A DNA stretch of 64,000 bases from Octopus bimaculoides (lineage: Eukaryota). The position numbers and the translations under genes are program-made. Shown piece after piece: positions 62,021 to 64,000 of this stretch (the stretch's first letter is position 1; each line of letters starts with the position of its first letter). Below the pieces are notes generated by a model, which made no database searches, was not told the DNA's origin, and was given only the letters and a program-made list of their open reading frames with translations. The stretch spans positions 54,400,950-54,464,949 of the forward strand of contig NC_068991.1 in NCBI RefSeq assembly GCF_001194135.2. Direction: 5' to 3'.

Positions 62021-63694
62021 ACAGACAGCAAATAAAAATTCTACTGCTGGATAGAAAACAAAATTATAATCCTACAATATCTACTACCTATTTCAGACAG
62101 ATAGGCAATGGAGATTTGTGAAATTGTTTCTTGTCCAAAGACATAACAAAATGTTAGATAATAAATTCTTAACTCGTGTATTCTGCTGAAACCATTCTCT
62201 GACAATGGTTTTAAATTTTGGTGTAAAGCCAGTCATTTTGGAGAGGAGGTTAGTCAATTACATTGACCTCAGTGCAGCACTAGTACTATTTTATCAACCC
62301 CAAAATGCTGAAAGCAAAGTCGACCTCAATGGAATTTGAACTCAGAATGTAAAGATGGACAAAATGCCACTAAACATTTCACACGGTGTACTAACAATTC
62401 TGCCAGCTCACTGCCTTCAATCATTTTCTGATAATGATTTCTTTTTTCACCTGCCCTACAAATCAAAAGTTTTTTTTTTTCTATTCCACAAGTATTAACT
62501 ATAATTTTAAAATAGTCTAAAGTAGATTTACCAAATATTATTGTAACTGTAAGAAATATACAAGAACAGCCGGCTACGTTGTTTTAGTGATAGCACTGTG
62601 TTGTTCACATTGACTAAGGTGGCAAGTTTAGCAGCATTTCATCTGTTTTTAGGTTCTGAGTTCAAATTCTGCTGAGATCATCTTTGCCTTACATCCTTTT
62701 GGGGTTGATAAAATAAGTACGAGTTGAGCACTGGTGTCAAAATAATCAACTTATCCCCATTCCCCAAAATTGCTGGTCTAGTGCCAAAATTTGAAAGCAA
62801 TATATTCACATTGACTGCAAGCATTTTATTTATGTGTTCATTTTACTTCTGTGCTTGTATTTATAGAATTTTTTTACTATTCAGTTCTTGGTCAATTCAT
62901 TTAGTTGTTCACTGGAGAAGAATTTATGATTATTTCATTGCTAATTCATTGTCATCATCATCGTTTAACATCCGTCTTCTCTGCATGCACAGGTAGGACA
63001 GTTGACAGGAACTGGCCAGGTAGAAAACTATTCTAAACTACTGTCTGTTTTGGCAGGGTTTTTATGGCTGGATACCCTTTCCAACACTAACCATTCTGCA
63101 GAGTGGACTTAGTGTTTTTTTTCATGGTACTAGCAAAGGCGAGGTTAGTTTTGGTATGATTTTTACAGCTGGTTGCACTTCCAAATGCCAACCACTTTAT
63201 AGTGTGGACTGGATGCTTTTTACATGGCACCAGCACTAGCAATGTCACCAAGTAACTCACAATTATGAGAGAGCTAGGGGCATTTGAGGAGGGGGAACAT
63301 ATGTCAGAGGATTAATGGTTAGTGTAACAGACAGACAGAGTGGCAAAAAAAAAAAAAAGACACAGAGGCAGAAACAGGTGTTTTGCTATAATGGAGTGGG
63401 GCATTAGTGGAAGTGATCTGATATCAGATGGTGAAAGGTTAGAGTGTGACAGAGAAATAGAGAGGTAGAAATAGGTGTTTTGCTATAGAGGAGGTACATC
63501 ATTACCCCGTGAGAGAGAGCGAGTAAAAAGAAAGAGAGGGAGAAGAAGAGAGATGGAGAGAGAGAGACAGCAAGAGAGAGGAAAAAGAAAGAGGACAGAA
63601 ACAGGTATGCCAATGTAAATAAAAATTATTTGACTTTTTGTAATGAGATAATCACAGATTTTCCAGTAGACAACTATATATGTATATATATGTG

Positions 63695-63804
<110 letters not shown>

Positions 63805-64000
63805 CATATATATTTATAAATATGCATATATGTGTATATGTATATATATATATGTTTATGTATATATGTGTATGTATATATGTGTATATATATATGTGTG
63901 TATATGTATATATATATATGTATATATATGTATATATATTTATATATATTTTTTACTCTCTCTCTCTTTCTATATATATATATATACATACATATATATA

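Overview
AT-rich, repeat-dense animal genomic DNA from a draft assembly with 11 N-gaps. The SINE/LINE repertoire and microsatellite load look like a coleoid cephalopod, most likely Octopus (inference from recalled repeat families, not a database hit). The only host protein-coding signal is four + strand exons (7723-7848, 20084-20185, 36464-36535, 42221-42296) that splice in frame into the N-terminal domain of a ryanodine receptor (RyR). The first coding exon and the next (EACWW...) exon were not found. Everything else is intron: a deleted mariner with intact TIRs, a CR1-like LINE fragment, many decayed RTE LINE fragments, several tRNA-derived SINE families, piggyBac- and hAT-type MITEs, a Helentron-type HINE and microsatellites. 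Two unexplained features stand out. (1) Several unrelated minimal type I hammerhead ribozyme motifs of the Penelope-like-element kind; one (32625-32710) has a fully intact core, and all credible ones lie antisense to RyR. (2) Three long near-perfect fold-back hairpins within 1.3 kb (55915-57230) in the RyR intron, which are plausible dsRNA/ADAR substrates. TE coordinates are approximate (about 10-30 nt). Exon, TIR, hairpin and ribozyme coordinates were counted by hand.
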